This document shows positions 17,240 to 30,227 of a stretch of 64,000 nt of DNA, piece after piece. The position numbers were made by a program, and so were the translations under genes. How positions within the stretch are numbered: position 1 is the first letter of the stretch; the number at the start of each line of letters is the position of its first letter. The notes under the pieces were generated by a model that had not been told where the DNA came from, ran no database searches, and saw only the letters and a program-made list of their open reading frames with translations. Origin of the DNA: Eledone cirrhosa (lineage: Eukaryota); NCBI GenBank assembly GCA_964016885.1, contig OZ024744.1, positions 64,294,001-64,358,000 of the forward strand, read 5' to 3'.

Positions 17240-17737
17240 AGATCTAAGATCTAAAGTCTGTTTTAACCCTTTAGCATTTAAACTGACTGTATCTGGCCAG
17301 AATTGTTTCACCTCTTTCTGTTCAAACTGGCCATAACCAGTTGCTCATACTGATGTTAAGATATTGTTCTCAAAATAAATAGTATCAAAATCTCATAGAT
17401 TTGTTATTATGTGAGATAATGATGTGAAATAAAGTGTTTACCGAAAAAAATACAATAGTAAATAGTGATGTAAATGTTTAAAGGGTTAAGCCAGAAGGCT
17501 CGTTAGGCCGGTGCTTATTCCAGTTTCATGGCGTGAGGCAACAGAGAGTACAAGACTTCCCACTGGACAGGATGGCAGTCCATCGCAGGGTTAAATCCCC
17601 AGCTATTGTTGGTACTTATTTTCAGCTGAGTATATTGAAGCAATGTGAAATGAAATGTTTTGCTCAAGAACACAACACGCAACCCTTGACATTATGATCA
17701 TAAATCCAACACCTTTACCACTAGGCCATGTACCTCC
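17240..17737 (-). mobile_element. CORE-type SINE family 2, with a MITE inserted in its tail
   Basis: tRNA-like head; CORE-like TTGAGCAAAACATTTCATTTCACATTGC; 15-bp TSD ATAATAAGACAACTA at 17225-17239 and 17738-17752; homologous to 49501-49765. Confidence 0.8.
17263..17489. mobile_element. piggyBac-type MITE (~220 bp)
   Basis: TTAA|CCCTTTAGCATTTA ... TAAATGTTTAAAGGG|TTAA. Confidence 0.85.
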
Positions 17738-17935
17738 ATAATAAGACAACTACCATATTATAGTCACCACTGACTTCTTGCTGAATGGGAGAAAACTCCA
17801 GCTTAAAAGCTAGGAGTAACATCCTTTGCTTTCATTAGAAATTCCAATAGAATTATGAATTCAATGAAATTTACTGTAAAATTTATAGTAACATTTACAT
17901 TAAAATGTTGTGGAATAGTATTAGCAACTAATAGC

Positions 17936-18152
17936 TTAACCCTTTAACATTTACATTGCTCTATATTTACTATTATATTTTCACAATAAAAGCTTTACCT
18001 CACATAATTATCTCATAATATCGAATCTATGAGGTTTTGATATTATTTATTTTGAGAACAATACCTTAACATCAGTATGAATAGCTGGTTTGAACAGAAT
18101 AAATTGAGAAAATCCTGGCTGGATAGGGCCAGTTTAAATGCTAAAGGGTGAA
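17936..18152. mobile_element. piggyBac-type MITE, same family, opposite orientation
   Basis: TTAACCCTTTAACATTTAC ... TAAATGCTAAAGGGTGAA. Confidence 0.8.
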
Positions 18153-18524
18153 GATTAGTGAAAACAGAAACATACTAATGGAAGCAGTATGAAAGTTCAA
18201 TCTTCTTGTTAAGGGATGCAGCACTGTTGCAATATGTGTAGTTTCTTAGAGAGGCAAAGATGGCAGTTATGTGATGAATTTGAAACCTTGTTGAGAAGAA
18301 TAATGATGGGCGGAAAAGGGGACAATGGGGATGACAGTAATGATGGAATTTTGGTGTCAAATGTGATGATAGTAGTGATTACTGTGTTGGCATTGATGAT
18401 AGTGATGAGGATGATGGTGGTGATAGCAGAAATGGCAGTATGACTGACAGCAAGATGATAAAAGAGATATAAAATGTAAGCAAATTTAACTTCTAATTCA
18501 GATACGGGGAATATTTCTCATCAC

Positions 18525-18603
18525 TAATTAGGCCTGTCCATTACAGGAATAATTAGGCCTTCCCATTACAGGAATAATTAGGCCTTCCCATTACAGGAAT
18601 AAT
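18525..18603. repeat. 25-bp tandem repeat x3
   Basis: Unit TAATTAGGCCTTCCCATTACAGGAA. Confidence 0.85.
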
Positions 18604-18780
18604 TTAACAAACACCATAGGTAGTATATTCTTTTTATTATTATTATTTGGGGAATTAGCCAGCTCCACCAAACCTTGTTTGGACTAAAACGTGAGTGAAG
18701 GGGAGAGAAAGAGAACTGAAATTGTTCAATAAACAGACAATATTTATGTTACAAAATTTTAGTAAATAATTAATAATAAT

Positions 18781-18963
18781 AATTGTTTCTACTTTAGGCA
18801 CAAGGCCAGCAATTTGAAGAGGAGGGGAAAGTTGATTAAATTGACCCTGGTGCTTTATTTTATTGACCTCAGCAGGATTTGAACTCAGAACGCAGAGGGC
18901 CACAACTCTATGCTGCAAAGCATGGTGTCAGATGCTCTACTGATACTGCCAATCTATTGCCCG
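18781..18963 (-). mobile_element. SINE family N (internally deleted)
   Basis: Same head, B box and tail as the other copies. Confidence 0.75.
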
Positions 18964-19227
18964 GTGGTATAATCTACTAATATAATAGCCTTGTCTATTT
19001 GTCTGTCACACACTACAATGACTGAGGAAGGAAGGGGTGATTATGTTGACTAAAGAAGGAAGGGGTGTCTAATACACACACATCTATGTGAAGACTGAGG
19101 AAGGGGGAGGGTGTGAGAAACTATAGAAGTCGAGCATTATAAGATTCTTATCACTTGTGTGAGTGAGCACGAAGAAACCAAAAAACCAACAAACAAACAT
19201 CTTTTTTTATATTATGTATAGATATTA

Positions 19228-22200
19228 CATCATCATCATCATCACCGTTTTACATCCATTCCTCCACATTAGCATGGGTTAGACGGGTTGTCCTGTTGTG
19301 GGCAGTGTCTGGTCAGCTGGCCTTGTCTTGCTCATACGGGAACTGATTTTGGCTGATTTCTACAGAAGGATGCCTTTCCTAACACCAACCTCATTTACAG
19401 TGAGTGCTGGATGCTTTTTTTCCGTGGCGCCTACATGACCACTTTATAGTGTGGGCTGGGTGCTTTTTTGCCGTGGCACCTCCACGACCACTTTGCAGTG
19501 GGAGGGTGTGGGACATATTGTCTATATGGTTCAGCTTCAGCTTGTACCTGGGGGAAGTCGGGTCTTCTGTATTACTGCGTAATGCCAGAGGTCTCGGTCC
19601 TGTGTCATGCCTTTGAGAGGTGCAATTGGGTAAGGTCGGCTTTTATCACCTCACCCCAGGTCTTCTTGGGTCTCCCCACTCCACGGCTTCCATCGACTTC
19701 TAGTGTTCTGCACCTTTTTATGCAGCTGTCATCCTTCATATGCATCACATGTCCATAACAATACAAGCTGCTCTCCTGTACACAACATTTGATTCCTCTT
19801 ATGCTCAGTCTCTCTCTCAATTCGTTTATGCTTTGCCGTTCGCGTATGTTACTATTACACATCCATTGGAGCATACAAGCTTCGTTTCTTTCTAATCTAC
19901 ACAAGTCTTCTACACACAATGCCCAGGTCTCACTACCTTGTAACATTGTTGTTCGTATACACGCATCATACAGTCTACCTTTGATTTTGAGGGAAAAGCC
20001 TTTTGCAGCTAGCAGTGGCAGTAGCTCCCTGAACTTCTTCCATCCCGTTCTTACACTGGCTACTGTACTGTCCAAACACCGACCTCCGCTGTTAATTTGG
20101 TCTCCTAGGTAGGCAAAAGCTGTCTACTGTTTCTACAGAGCCCTCCCAAAGTTTAATGGTGTTTGTTTCCTGCGGCCGTTTGCTGCTTGCTGTCCTGGTG
20201 TAGCTGCTGTATGAAAAGCCTATATTCTTAGCTAAGCTTCCTGAGATCCCACTACATCTCTTGAGTACCCATTGTTTGCATTTGGGGCAGAGGATGGAGT
20301 TCCTACCTACACCTTTCCTATATACTGACCAAGGCCATTTCCCTGAGGGGATCTGGGCTCTGTTTTCTCATCTAGTTACGAGGACCTTAGTCTTCGTCAT
20401 GTTGACTTTGAGACCCTTTCTTTCTAGTCCTTGCTTCCATGTTTGGAATTTCTTCTCTAGTTCCACTATAGATTCAGCTATAAGTGTGAGATCAACCGTA
20501 TACAGGAGTTCCCATGGGCATCCGGTCTTAAACTCCTCTGTTATTGCCTGCAATGCTATAATGAACAAGAGAGGGCTAAGAACAGAGCCCTGCTGGACAC
20601 CGACCTATATGCTAAATTCCTCGCAATAGTCATTGTTAACCCTAACTTTGCTGACTGCTCCCCTGATCTACTTCTAATTTTCTAAGAGTCCAACAGATTA
20701 TAGCGCGAGGCACTTTGTTGAAAGCTTTTTCCAGATTGACAAATGCCAGGTAGAGTGGCTTACTTTTAGCTAGGTACTTTTCCTGAAACTGCCTCACAAG
20801 GAAGAGTGCATCAGTGGTGCCTTTTCCTGGTACAAACCCAAATTGCATCTCGTCTATATTCACCCGGTCCCTAATCAACTGTGCTATAACTCTTTCTGTT
20901 ACTTTCATGACCTGGTCCATCAACTTTATACCTCTATAGTCTCCTCTATCTAGTGCATCACCTTTACCCTTGTAGCAGTTGACAATGATGCTGCTGCACC
21001 AATCCTTTGGTATGACACCCTCTAGTATTACCTGGTTAACGATACGTGTGGTTATAGTGTGACCTACAGATCCAGATGCTTTCAGTATCTTGGCAGCTGT
21101 ACCTGATGGACCGCTTGCCTTCCCCATCTTCATATCTTTGATTGCCTTACTTACTACGTTGCTGCTGACTTGTACTGCTGGTCCCTCTAGAGGGTCCACT
21201 TAGGGTAGGGTCTCTTTCTCCCATGCATTCTCCTCATTTAGAAATCTTTCATAGTGGCTCTTCCACATATCTTTCTTCTCGGCACTTGTGAGGGCAAGCT
21301 CACCTTTATCATTCTGGATACACTTCTCTCCAATGACATCACAATTTCCTCTAACATACTGCCTCGCAATCTTGAACACCTCCTGTTTCTGGTCCTCACA
21401 CAGCAAAACATGCTTGAATTTTCTATCCTCTGTTTCCCTTCTAGCTAAGTATACTTGTCGCCTAGCTTCCCTCCTGGTCTTCCATGTAATGTACCTTACT
21501 ATCCCTGGTCTTCCATTCTTTCCATGCCTGTCTCTTAGCCTTAATTGCCTCATCTACCTTATTGTTCCACCACCAAGTCACTCTCCTCGTCCATCGCCTT
21601 TAGTAAGTTATTTTTTAAGAACTTCCAGTGTCTTCTACATTGAATGTCTCTATCTGGTCTTCTTTACTGTCACAGGCATCAAGTAAAATATCTTTAAATC
21701 TGTTACTGGCTGAGGGGTCTTTCAGCTTCCAGATCTTTCTTCTCCAAGTTGCCTTCTGTTTCCAAGTTCGTCTGGTTCTGACAATGAGGTTACTGACAAC
21801 TAAGTTATGTTGGAAGTACATTCCCCACTAGGGAAGGCTTTTGTGTTTACAACCGTCCATCTATCTCGCCCTCTGATGAGGATAAAATCTATCTGACTAG
21901 AATGCTCCCCTGATCTATAGGTGATCAGATGGTTGTCGGGTTTTTTTAAGTTTGTGTTACATATCGACATGTCATTGGCATCGCAGAATTCTAGAAGCCT
22001 GAAGCCTTCTTCATTTCTTGTGCCAAACCCGTAACCTCCATGGACTCCACAGAAGCCGCCAGGGTGTTTACCTACATGTCCATTAAAGCCTCCTGCAATG
22101 ATTAGGAAGTCACTGTTGTTTGTTAGGGCAGTGGTGTGCATAAAGGACTCGTAAAACCTATCCTTAAGTTCGTCTGGCAACCCCGATTGGGGTACATAAG

Positions 22201-22481
22201 CTGATATGATTGTGGCAATTGTTTTATTCAGACTAGTCTGAATTTAATGATTCTTGCTTCACCCTGTTCACTGAGATTACCTTATCTACCCATTTGTCAG
22301 CTAATAGCATACCTACACCACCCATCCTGTTGTCATTTCCCACCTAGAAAAATTTGTAGAACTGATTTTTGCCTACAAGGACTCTAGCAGACTCTCCTCT
22401 CCATCTAGTCTCTTGCACACAGCATACATCAATTTTCTTTCGCTCTAGTATCTCTACGATTTCTCCTGCTCTTCCTTTCAT
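19228..22481 (-). mobile_element. Near full-length decayed RTE LINE (family B)
   Basis: ORFs 21800-22180 (endonuclease), 20642-21199 and 20368-20568 (RT), 19605-20075 (C-terminus). 3' UTR closely similar to 486-790. Confidence 0.92.
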
Positions 22482-22522
22482 TAGCTGTTATTTTTGGCAG
22501 CATGGGGCCAGCTAGTAATAAT

Positions 22523-22708
22523 TGTTTCTACTTTTGGCACAAGGCCAGCAATTACCCAGTGCATTACTGGTACTTTATTTTATCGACCCCGTAAAGATGA
22601 AAGGCAAAGTTAACCTCGGTGGGATTTGAACTCAGATCATAAAGGGACGTAACTCTATGCTTCAAAGCATGGCGTCCGAATCTCTACCGATACTGCCAAT
22701 CCACCGCC
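22523..22708 (-). mobile_element. SINE family N, full length
   Basis: Head GGGCGGTGGATTGGCAGTATCGGTAG with A and B boxes; TSD CTAGTAATAAT at 22512-22522 and 22709-22719. Confidence 0.88.
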
Positions 22709-22789
22709 CTAGTAATAATAATAATAATAATAATTGTTTCTACTTTAGGCACAAGGCCAGAAATTACCCAGTGCATTACTGGTACTAAT

Positions 22790-23118
22790 AATAATAATGG
22801 TTTCATTTATTGTCACAAGGGCCGATGTATAGGAGACAATACAATAGACAGAGACAGGGGGGGGGGTTACATAAAAATTGAGTAATAAATAGGAAAACAA
22901 TAACAATAAACAAGAAAAATACAACAATGAAAATTCTCCAATTGGGGGTGGGGGGATAACCACCCAGGGTTGATTCAGGTACCCCACCAATCCTGAACCA
23001 CCCAATGCTTCGAGGGCACCTCGGAAAAGCACTCCTTTCCTCCTCAAATTCACCAGCCTACAGGCGCATGATCAGAGTAGGCCCACTCACACAGGCCATT
23101 CTCACCACATTCACCCAT
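22790..23118 (-). mobile_element. Probable L1/Tx1-like LINE 3' end
   Basis: Minus strand reads WVNVVRMACVSGPTLIMRL*, then a pyrimidine-rich UTR ending CCCTTGTGACAATAAA and an (ATT)n tail. Confidence 0.45.
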
Positions 23119-23990
23119 TATCATTTTTACACCTGATTTTTCCTGCTAGCATGGATTGAATAAGTTTTTTTTTAGAGGCAGGTATTCTACAGTTCGATGC
23201 TCTTCCTGATATCAACCCATATATCATTTTTTTTTTTAGGTATGGCACTTATTCTACTGATCTTTGTTGAACCAATAAGCTGTAGAACATAGTGTTTATG
23301 TGGGATATAATCAAATGGCACTGTCTGTTTAAAAGGTACATACATCAAGACAGAAAGACACACACACACATGTACGTGCACATGCGCACACACACACATG
23401 CACTCACACACACAAACACACATACATATAACTACGACCGACAATTGACTTAACTTGAACATAAACAAATCTACATTAATCCACTCAACAACATATTGAA
23501 GGTCATATTCAAAATCAGCTGCCAATTCCACATTTATCAAACATATCGGACTTACCAGAATAAAGAGTTAGGTCATCAACATAGATACCAAGCTGAGAAA
23601 ATATGTAATTGGGAAAATCAATGATGAAAATTAAGAACAGTATAAGACCCAGGATAGATCCCTGAGAGACCCCTGTATTAATGTGGAAAGATCTAGAAGA
23701 CTGGTCATTGAAGACAACCTTCAGTTTGGGATTTGATAAGAAAGGCTCAAATATTTTGAAAATTCAATCAGAAACGCCACAGTCCCTCAAATTATGAAGA
23801 AGACTAGCATGCCAAACCCTATTAAAAGCCTTGGAAATATCTATGGCAACAGCCCTAGCTTCACTAGATTTATCCAAAGCAAGAAACTCTCTCAGCAATT
23901 ATGGTTAAGACATCAGCAATTGATCATGAGAAATGAAAGTCATATTGTTTACTTGAAATAAAACTCAGTGTTTAACCAGTTAAGAATTGA

Positions 23991-24448
23991 TTCACCCTTT
24001 AGCATTTAAACCAGCTGTATCCAGCCAGAATTCTCTCACCTCTTTTTGTTCAAACTGGCTGTAACTGGCCATTGATACTGATGTTAAGGTATTGTTCTCA
24101 AAATAAATAACATCAAAATCTCATAGATTCAATATTATGTGGGATAGTTATGTAAGATAAAGCCTCTATAACAAAAATACAATAGTAAATATAATGGTTT
24201 CTTATATAGGCACAAGGCCAGTAATTTTTGAGGAAGCGAAAGTCAATTAAATCGACCCCAGTGTGTGACTGATACTTTATTTTATTGACCCCGTACGGAT
24301 GAAAGGCAAAGTTAACCTCTGTGGGATTTGAACTCAGATCATAAAGGGTCGTAATTCTATGCTGCAAAGCATGGCATCCAACCCTCTACCGATACTGGCA
24401 ATCCACCACCCTACAATAGTATATATAATGTAAATGCTAAAGGGTTAA
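23991..24448. mobile_element. piggyBac-type MITE containing a SINE
   Basis: TTCA|CCCTTTAGCATTTA ... TAAATGCTAAAGGG|TTAA. Confidence 0.82.
24196..24411 (-). mobile_element. SINE family N nested in the MITE
   Basis: 18-bp TSD TACAATAGTA(A/T)ATATAAT at 24178-24195 and 24412-24429. Confidence 0.85.
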
Positions 24449-24917
24449 AGATTCAAATATTTTGCCAAAAGGAGTAGAAAACTAGTAAACTGATAGTTGG
24501 AAGGATCTGACAGTTTCTCAGAGTTGTTAAAAACTGAAACAACAGAAGAGGATTTCGAACAAGAATTATGAAGGCAATTGTTGAAAAGTTCAGATAGAAT
24601 AGGAGCTAGTCCAGGAGAACAATTCTGCAAGACTATGATCGGAACACCATCAGGACCACATGTTTTATGAGAATCAAGATTTGAGATGACAGAAACAATG
24701 GTGGGAGTAAGATGCATACGATACAATTCAAAGTGGAAAGTCAGGCAAAGATGTTACAGATAATAAAGTCAAGAGTAGAATTAAAAGAAAGTTTTTCTGT
24801 GATACATTCAACTCTTTCAATAAAGTAGAATTTTTCTCAACATGCTGACATATATGTATGTGTGTATGTAGATTGTATACACAAGTGTAGTGAATATTAG
24901 ATGCTGTTTTTTGTAGT

Positions 24918-25181
24918 TTGTCATCACCCCTTCCTTCCTCAGTCAACTCTAGTGCGTGACACCATTACCCCTTCTTTCCCCAGTCATCTCTAGTGCGTGA
25001 CGTCATCACCCCTTCCTTCCTCAGTCATCTCTAGTGCGTGACGTCATTACCCATTCCTTCCTCAGTCATCTCTGATGTGTGACATCATGTCTAGTGTGTG
25101 ACGTCATCACCCATTCCTTCCTCTGTCATCTCTAGTGTGTGACAGAAGGATTGACAGAGTCACTTAAATTTATATATAGAT
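24918..25181 (-). mobile_element. ~41-bp tandem repeat (x5) within a probable Helitron-N 5' part
   Basis: GTCATCACCCCTTCCTTCCTCAGTCATCTCTAGTGCGTGAC units; minus strand begins A|TCTATATATAAA. A related copy lies at about 18972-19110 (+). Confidence 0.55.
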
Positions 25182-25840
25182 GTTCTATATGAGCGAGACA
25201 CGGTCACCTTGCCTCAAGGGGGACAAGCCCGTCCAACCCATGCTAGTGTGGAAGATGGATGTTAAACGATGATGTTAGCACTTCAAATTGATTAAAAAGA
25301 GGAGGAATTGGGAACTTAACCCTAATTCAACATGCTGTTACATAGCTACAAGTAGTCATGAGAGCTGAACTATTGAGAAGTAATAAGATCACTCATTCTG
25401 TTGGCAAACAACGATTTAGCCTCAATCAGGAAAATGCTTACAGTTATGGCTTCTGTTATAATCAGAACAATCACATTGATATTTCCGGTAAACATGATTT
25501 CTGTATTACCTACTTTCTATATTACAATGAAGTTTTATACAGTTTCCATTTAACAAATTCCTTTACAAGACTGTGGTAGAAGAAAGACACTTGCCCAAGA
25601 TGCCACATAATGGGATCAAACCTGACACCCACTTGGCTGCAAAGAAAATTTTGTAATTGCACAATCATGCTTGTGCCTTGTTATGGTTAATATAATCATG
25701 ACATTACATATGCCACAGGAAAAGTCAGAAAAGAACCACATGCATACCATGTGTTACAGGTTGGCCTTCGCTGTCTATCTCCATTCTACAGTTCATTTAA
25801 CAACTCTACCATTTCTCTCTATGTCTGTCTGCCTGTCTGA

Positions 25841-25889
<49 letters not shown>

Positions 25890-26934
25890 TTTTCTCTCTC
25901 TCTCTCCTTCCTTCATCTCTTACCTTTTTGTATCCCTTATCTCTATCTTTCTCCCACTCTCTTTCTCTCTCTCTCTCTCAGTCTTGCCATTTGCCATTCT
26001 TGCCATCTCTTGCCATTTTGTATCCCTTATCTCCCTCTATCTCTCACCCACTCTCTTTTTTCTCTCTCTCCTTCCCCTCTTTTTATTTTATTTGTTTTAT
26101 TTTATTTTATTTTATATATATATCTTTTACTGTTGCAATATCTTGTATGAATCTTCCAAAATCCCATTTCAAAATCCCAAGATTGAATTATTTTATCTTT
26201 TAGAAAATACAGAAATGAAGTTGAAGTGTTTTTGCTGAGGAAAAGGTGTTTAAAATTGATAACATCTAAATGGCAGTGCCAAATTTTCTTAAATCTCTGG
26301 AATGTAAGATTAGTCAGCAGTTTTTGGTTTTGTAGTTGTTTTTACAAAATTCTTTACATTTTTGAAGATAAAATAATTGGTGTCATTCACAATTCACTTT
26401 AAACCATTTTTGCATCATTAAATATTTTAATAATAATTTCTCCATTAACTCTTAACATCCTGAAATGACTTAAGTGGAAAATATCTAAAAACAGTTTGTT
26501 AATTCAAATGTTTACTGTATCTTTACTAATGGGCTAATCATTGTGAAAATTTGTAGTATTATAGTAAAAACTTTAATTGCTAAAGCGATGCAATCATGGT
26601 GCTGTTTTGTACTTTTTGAGAATCTCTTGGTGATGCAGTTTTATGTTAAATGATATTTCATTTAAACTTTGTGTAAATTTCCTCTGAGTTTCAGTGTAAT
26701 CTGATAAAAATATTTTAGATCTATCATCTGCTTTAAAGGTCTGTATACCAGCAACTAAATCATTGCTGAAGTTCAAACCCTCACAATTCCTATCATTACA
26801 TTTAGACACATCCACAACATTCCAGTATATTTCTACAACCACCATCCTAACAACATTATCTTTTCTACTAAGTTCTTCCTACAATATGTTTAGATATTGA
26901 TTAACCCTTTCATTACCACATTTACAATACAATA

Positions 26935-26967
<33 letters not shown>

Positions 26968-29900
26968 TTTACGTCCGCTTTTCCCTGCTTGCAAGGGTGG
27001 GACGGGTCTTATTCAGCACAGCATCTCTCCACTCGTCACGGTCCCTCGTCATCTCCACCGTGAGCTTTAATGATCTGAGGTCTGTTCTCACCACCTCCGC
27101 CCATGTTTTTCGTGGTCTACCTCTACCACGTCTTCCTTCAACTGGCATTTCCTGGCACTTCTTCACCCATCGGTCATCCTCCATGCGCATCACATGTCCA
27201 TACCACCTCAGTCTCCTCTCCCGTACACTACATTCTATCCCTCTCAGACACAGTTTCTCTCTCAACACATTTATGCTGGGTCGTTCACGCACATTTACAC
27301 TGCACATCCAACGGAGCATGCTTGCCTCATTTCTCTCCAGCCGTCGCATATCTTCTGCGGTAGCTGCCCATGTCTCACTACCATGCAGCATCGCGCTCCT
27401 CACACAGGCATCATACAACCGGCCTTTCGTACGCAGGGAGAAACCTTTCTTCGTCAACAGAGGAAGCAGCTCCCTAAACTTCTTCCAACCCGTCCTTATT
27501 CTAGATACTATGGCCTCGGAACACCCTCCTCCCATGCTAATCTGATCTCCTAGGTACCGGAAGCTATCCACCACTTCTATAGCGCCCTCTCGCATTTGAA
27601 AAATGTGTCTATCAGTGCGACTTCTACTGTCTAATTTCCCTGTACATCTACTGCATACATAGTTCTCCCTACCTGTTAGTTTGCCTGCTATCCCGCTACA
27701 TCTCTTGTGTACCCAGGACCTACATTGTGTGCATTTTATAGAATTTATGCCAGTTCCTTTTCTGCATATCGAACATGGCCATTTCCCTGACGGAATCAGG
27801 GTTTTGTCCTCTTTTCTACTCATCAACACTTTTGTCTTAGCTAGATTTACTCTCAGTCCTCTTGCTTCCAACTGCTGTTTCCATAGCCGGAATTTATTCT
27901 CTAGCTCCTCTACTGATTCTGCCATAAGAGCCAGATCGTCAGCATAGAGAAGTTCCCATGGACAACCAGTCTTAAACTCCTCTGTTATGGCTTGGAGGAC
28001 TATAATGAACAAGAGCGGGCTGAGGACCGAACCCTGATGTACTCCTACTTGTATCTGGAATTCCTCACTAAACTCCATTCCTACCCTGACTTTACTGAGA
28101 GTACCTCTGTACAAAGTTTGCACTGTCCTTACAAGCCATTCCTCAACACCCAGCTTCCTTAGGGACCACCAGATGACAGATCGGGGTACCCTATCAAAGG
28201 CCTTCTCTAGGTCAACAAAGGCTAAGTATAGTGGCTTATTCTTCTCTAAGAACCTCTCTTGCATTTGTCTCACCAAGAAGAGGGCATCTGTTGTACTCTT
28301 CCCAGGCACAAAACCAAACTGCATCTCATCTAGTTTGACCCTTTCTCTAATTAGTTGTGCTAAAATCCTTTCTGCCACTTTCATAACCTGATCTATCAGT
28401 TTTATACCCCTATAATTGCTCCTCTCCAAAGCATCCCCTTTACCTTTGTAGCAATTTATGAGAATACTGCTGCACCAGTCTTTGGGTATGACACCATCAT
28501 ATATAGCCTGATTGATTATGCGTGCAACCAGTTTAGTGCCTACGTCCCCTGATGCCTTCAGCATCTCAGCAACTATTCCCGATGGTCCGGCCGCCTTACC
28601 ATTTTTCATTTCCCTAATCGCCTCTTGGACCCTATATTCGTCAATCTCAATAGCTGGTCCCTCTGTCGGATCTACCAAGGGTAATTTCTCTCTCTCCCAT
28701 TCGTTCTCCACATTCATCAGTCTCTCATAATGACATTTCCAGGCCTCCTTTTTCTGGTCATTCGTGACACTAAGTACACCGGCATCATCCCGGACACATT
28801 TATCACCAACAACATCCTGATTTGCATTGACACACTGCCTTGCAATGTGGAACACCGCACGCCTCTGATCTTCCCGTCGCAGAACATTGGCAAACCTCCT
28901 ACTCTCTGCCTCCCTGCGTGCTAAGTACACCTGACGTCTAGCTTCTCTCTTAGTGGCTGTATATTCTTCCCTACTCCCACCCTTATTCCAAGCCTTCCAT
29001 GCTAGTCTTTTGTCTCTAATAGCCTTATCTACACTGCTGTTCCACCACCAGGTCACTCTCTGTCTAGTTGGAGCTCTGCTCCAGCCACAGGTTTCATCAG
29101 TAGCCTTCAGCAAGTTGTCACGTAAGAACTTCCAGTTATTATCTATGTCATACGTCTCTAAATCGTCTTCTTTTTCGTCATATACATCTTGAAGGGCTTT
29201 CCTAAATTTGAATTTTAGTGAAAGGTCTTTTAGCTTCCAGACCTTTCTTCTCCACACCTTCCTATATGTCTCATTCCATCTCTTGCTTACTGAGATATCA
29301 CTAACAACTAACCTATGCTGTGGGGTACATTCTTCCCCAGGGTATGCCTTGGTATTAGACACTATCTGCCTGTCCCGCTGCCTAACTAGCAGGAAGTCAA
29401 TCTGGCTTATGTGCTCACCAGATTTGTAGGTTATTAGGTGATTGGCAGGTTTCTGGAAGTTTGTGTTGCAAATAGTCAATGTACTTGCATCACAAAATTC
29501 AAGAAGTCTCACTCCTTCTTCATTTCTTGAACCGTAACCGTGCCCACCATGTACCCCAGTGTAACCATCCTGGAGCTGTCCAACATGACCATTGAAGTCT
29601 CCTGCTAGCATAACGATGTCTCCGTCCTCTGTCATTGTGGTTGTTTGCAAAAGTTGCTCATAAAAGCAGTCTTTCTCATCTTTGCCTAGGCCTGCTTGGG
29701 GAGCATAGACCGAGATGATTGTCAGTAGTCTCCTACCTACAACTAATCTAAGCTTAATTATTCGATTACTAACTCGAACTACCTCTATTGTCTTATTGAT
29801 CCATTTCTCAGCCAGGAAAATGCCTACTCCCCCTAACCCATCATCCTTACCTACCCAGAATAGCTTATAGCTAAGACGCTTGCCTACGACTAGTCTCGCA

Positions 29901-30227
29901 GAGGCACCCCTCCATCTCACCTCTTGCACGCAGCACACATCCACCTGCCTTCTCTCCAGCATCTCCGCTATTTCAGCAGACCTACCTCTGAGAGTGCCAA
30001 CATTAAGTGTTGCAACTCTGAGATGCGACGTCTTCATATTTTCTATGCTGTTTTGTTGCTGTGCTGATAAGCTTTTTGGCGTTGATACACTGGTTGGATG
30101 CCCTTCCTAACACCAGCGCCACTTTACAGCATGGACTGGGTGCTTTTATTTGTGCCACCAGCACTAGAGAGGATGTCTTACTAGACTCAAGGGCCCTCTC
30201 TACCCCTCCATTTTACAGCATCGTCAT

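Larger units (their letters stand above)
23420..24830 (-). mobile_element. Decayed CR1/Jockey-group LINE RT fragment, interrupted by a MITE and a SINE
   Basis: KTCGPDGVP...SDPSNY (ORF 24445-24726); AVAIDISKAFNRVWHASLL and GVSQGSILG read on the minus strand at about 23650-23860. Confidence 0.8.

Noticed and set aside
26997-29429. Plus-strand ORFs antisense to the RTE
   Set aside because: Shadow ORFs of the RT coding strand, recurring only because the copies are homologous.
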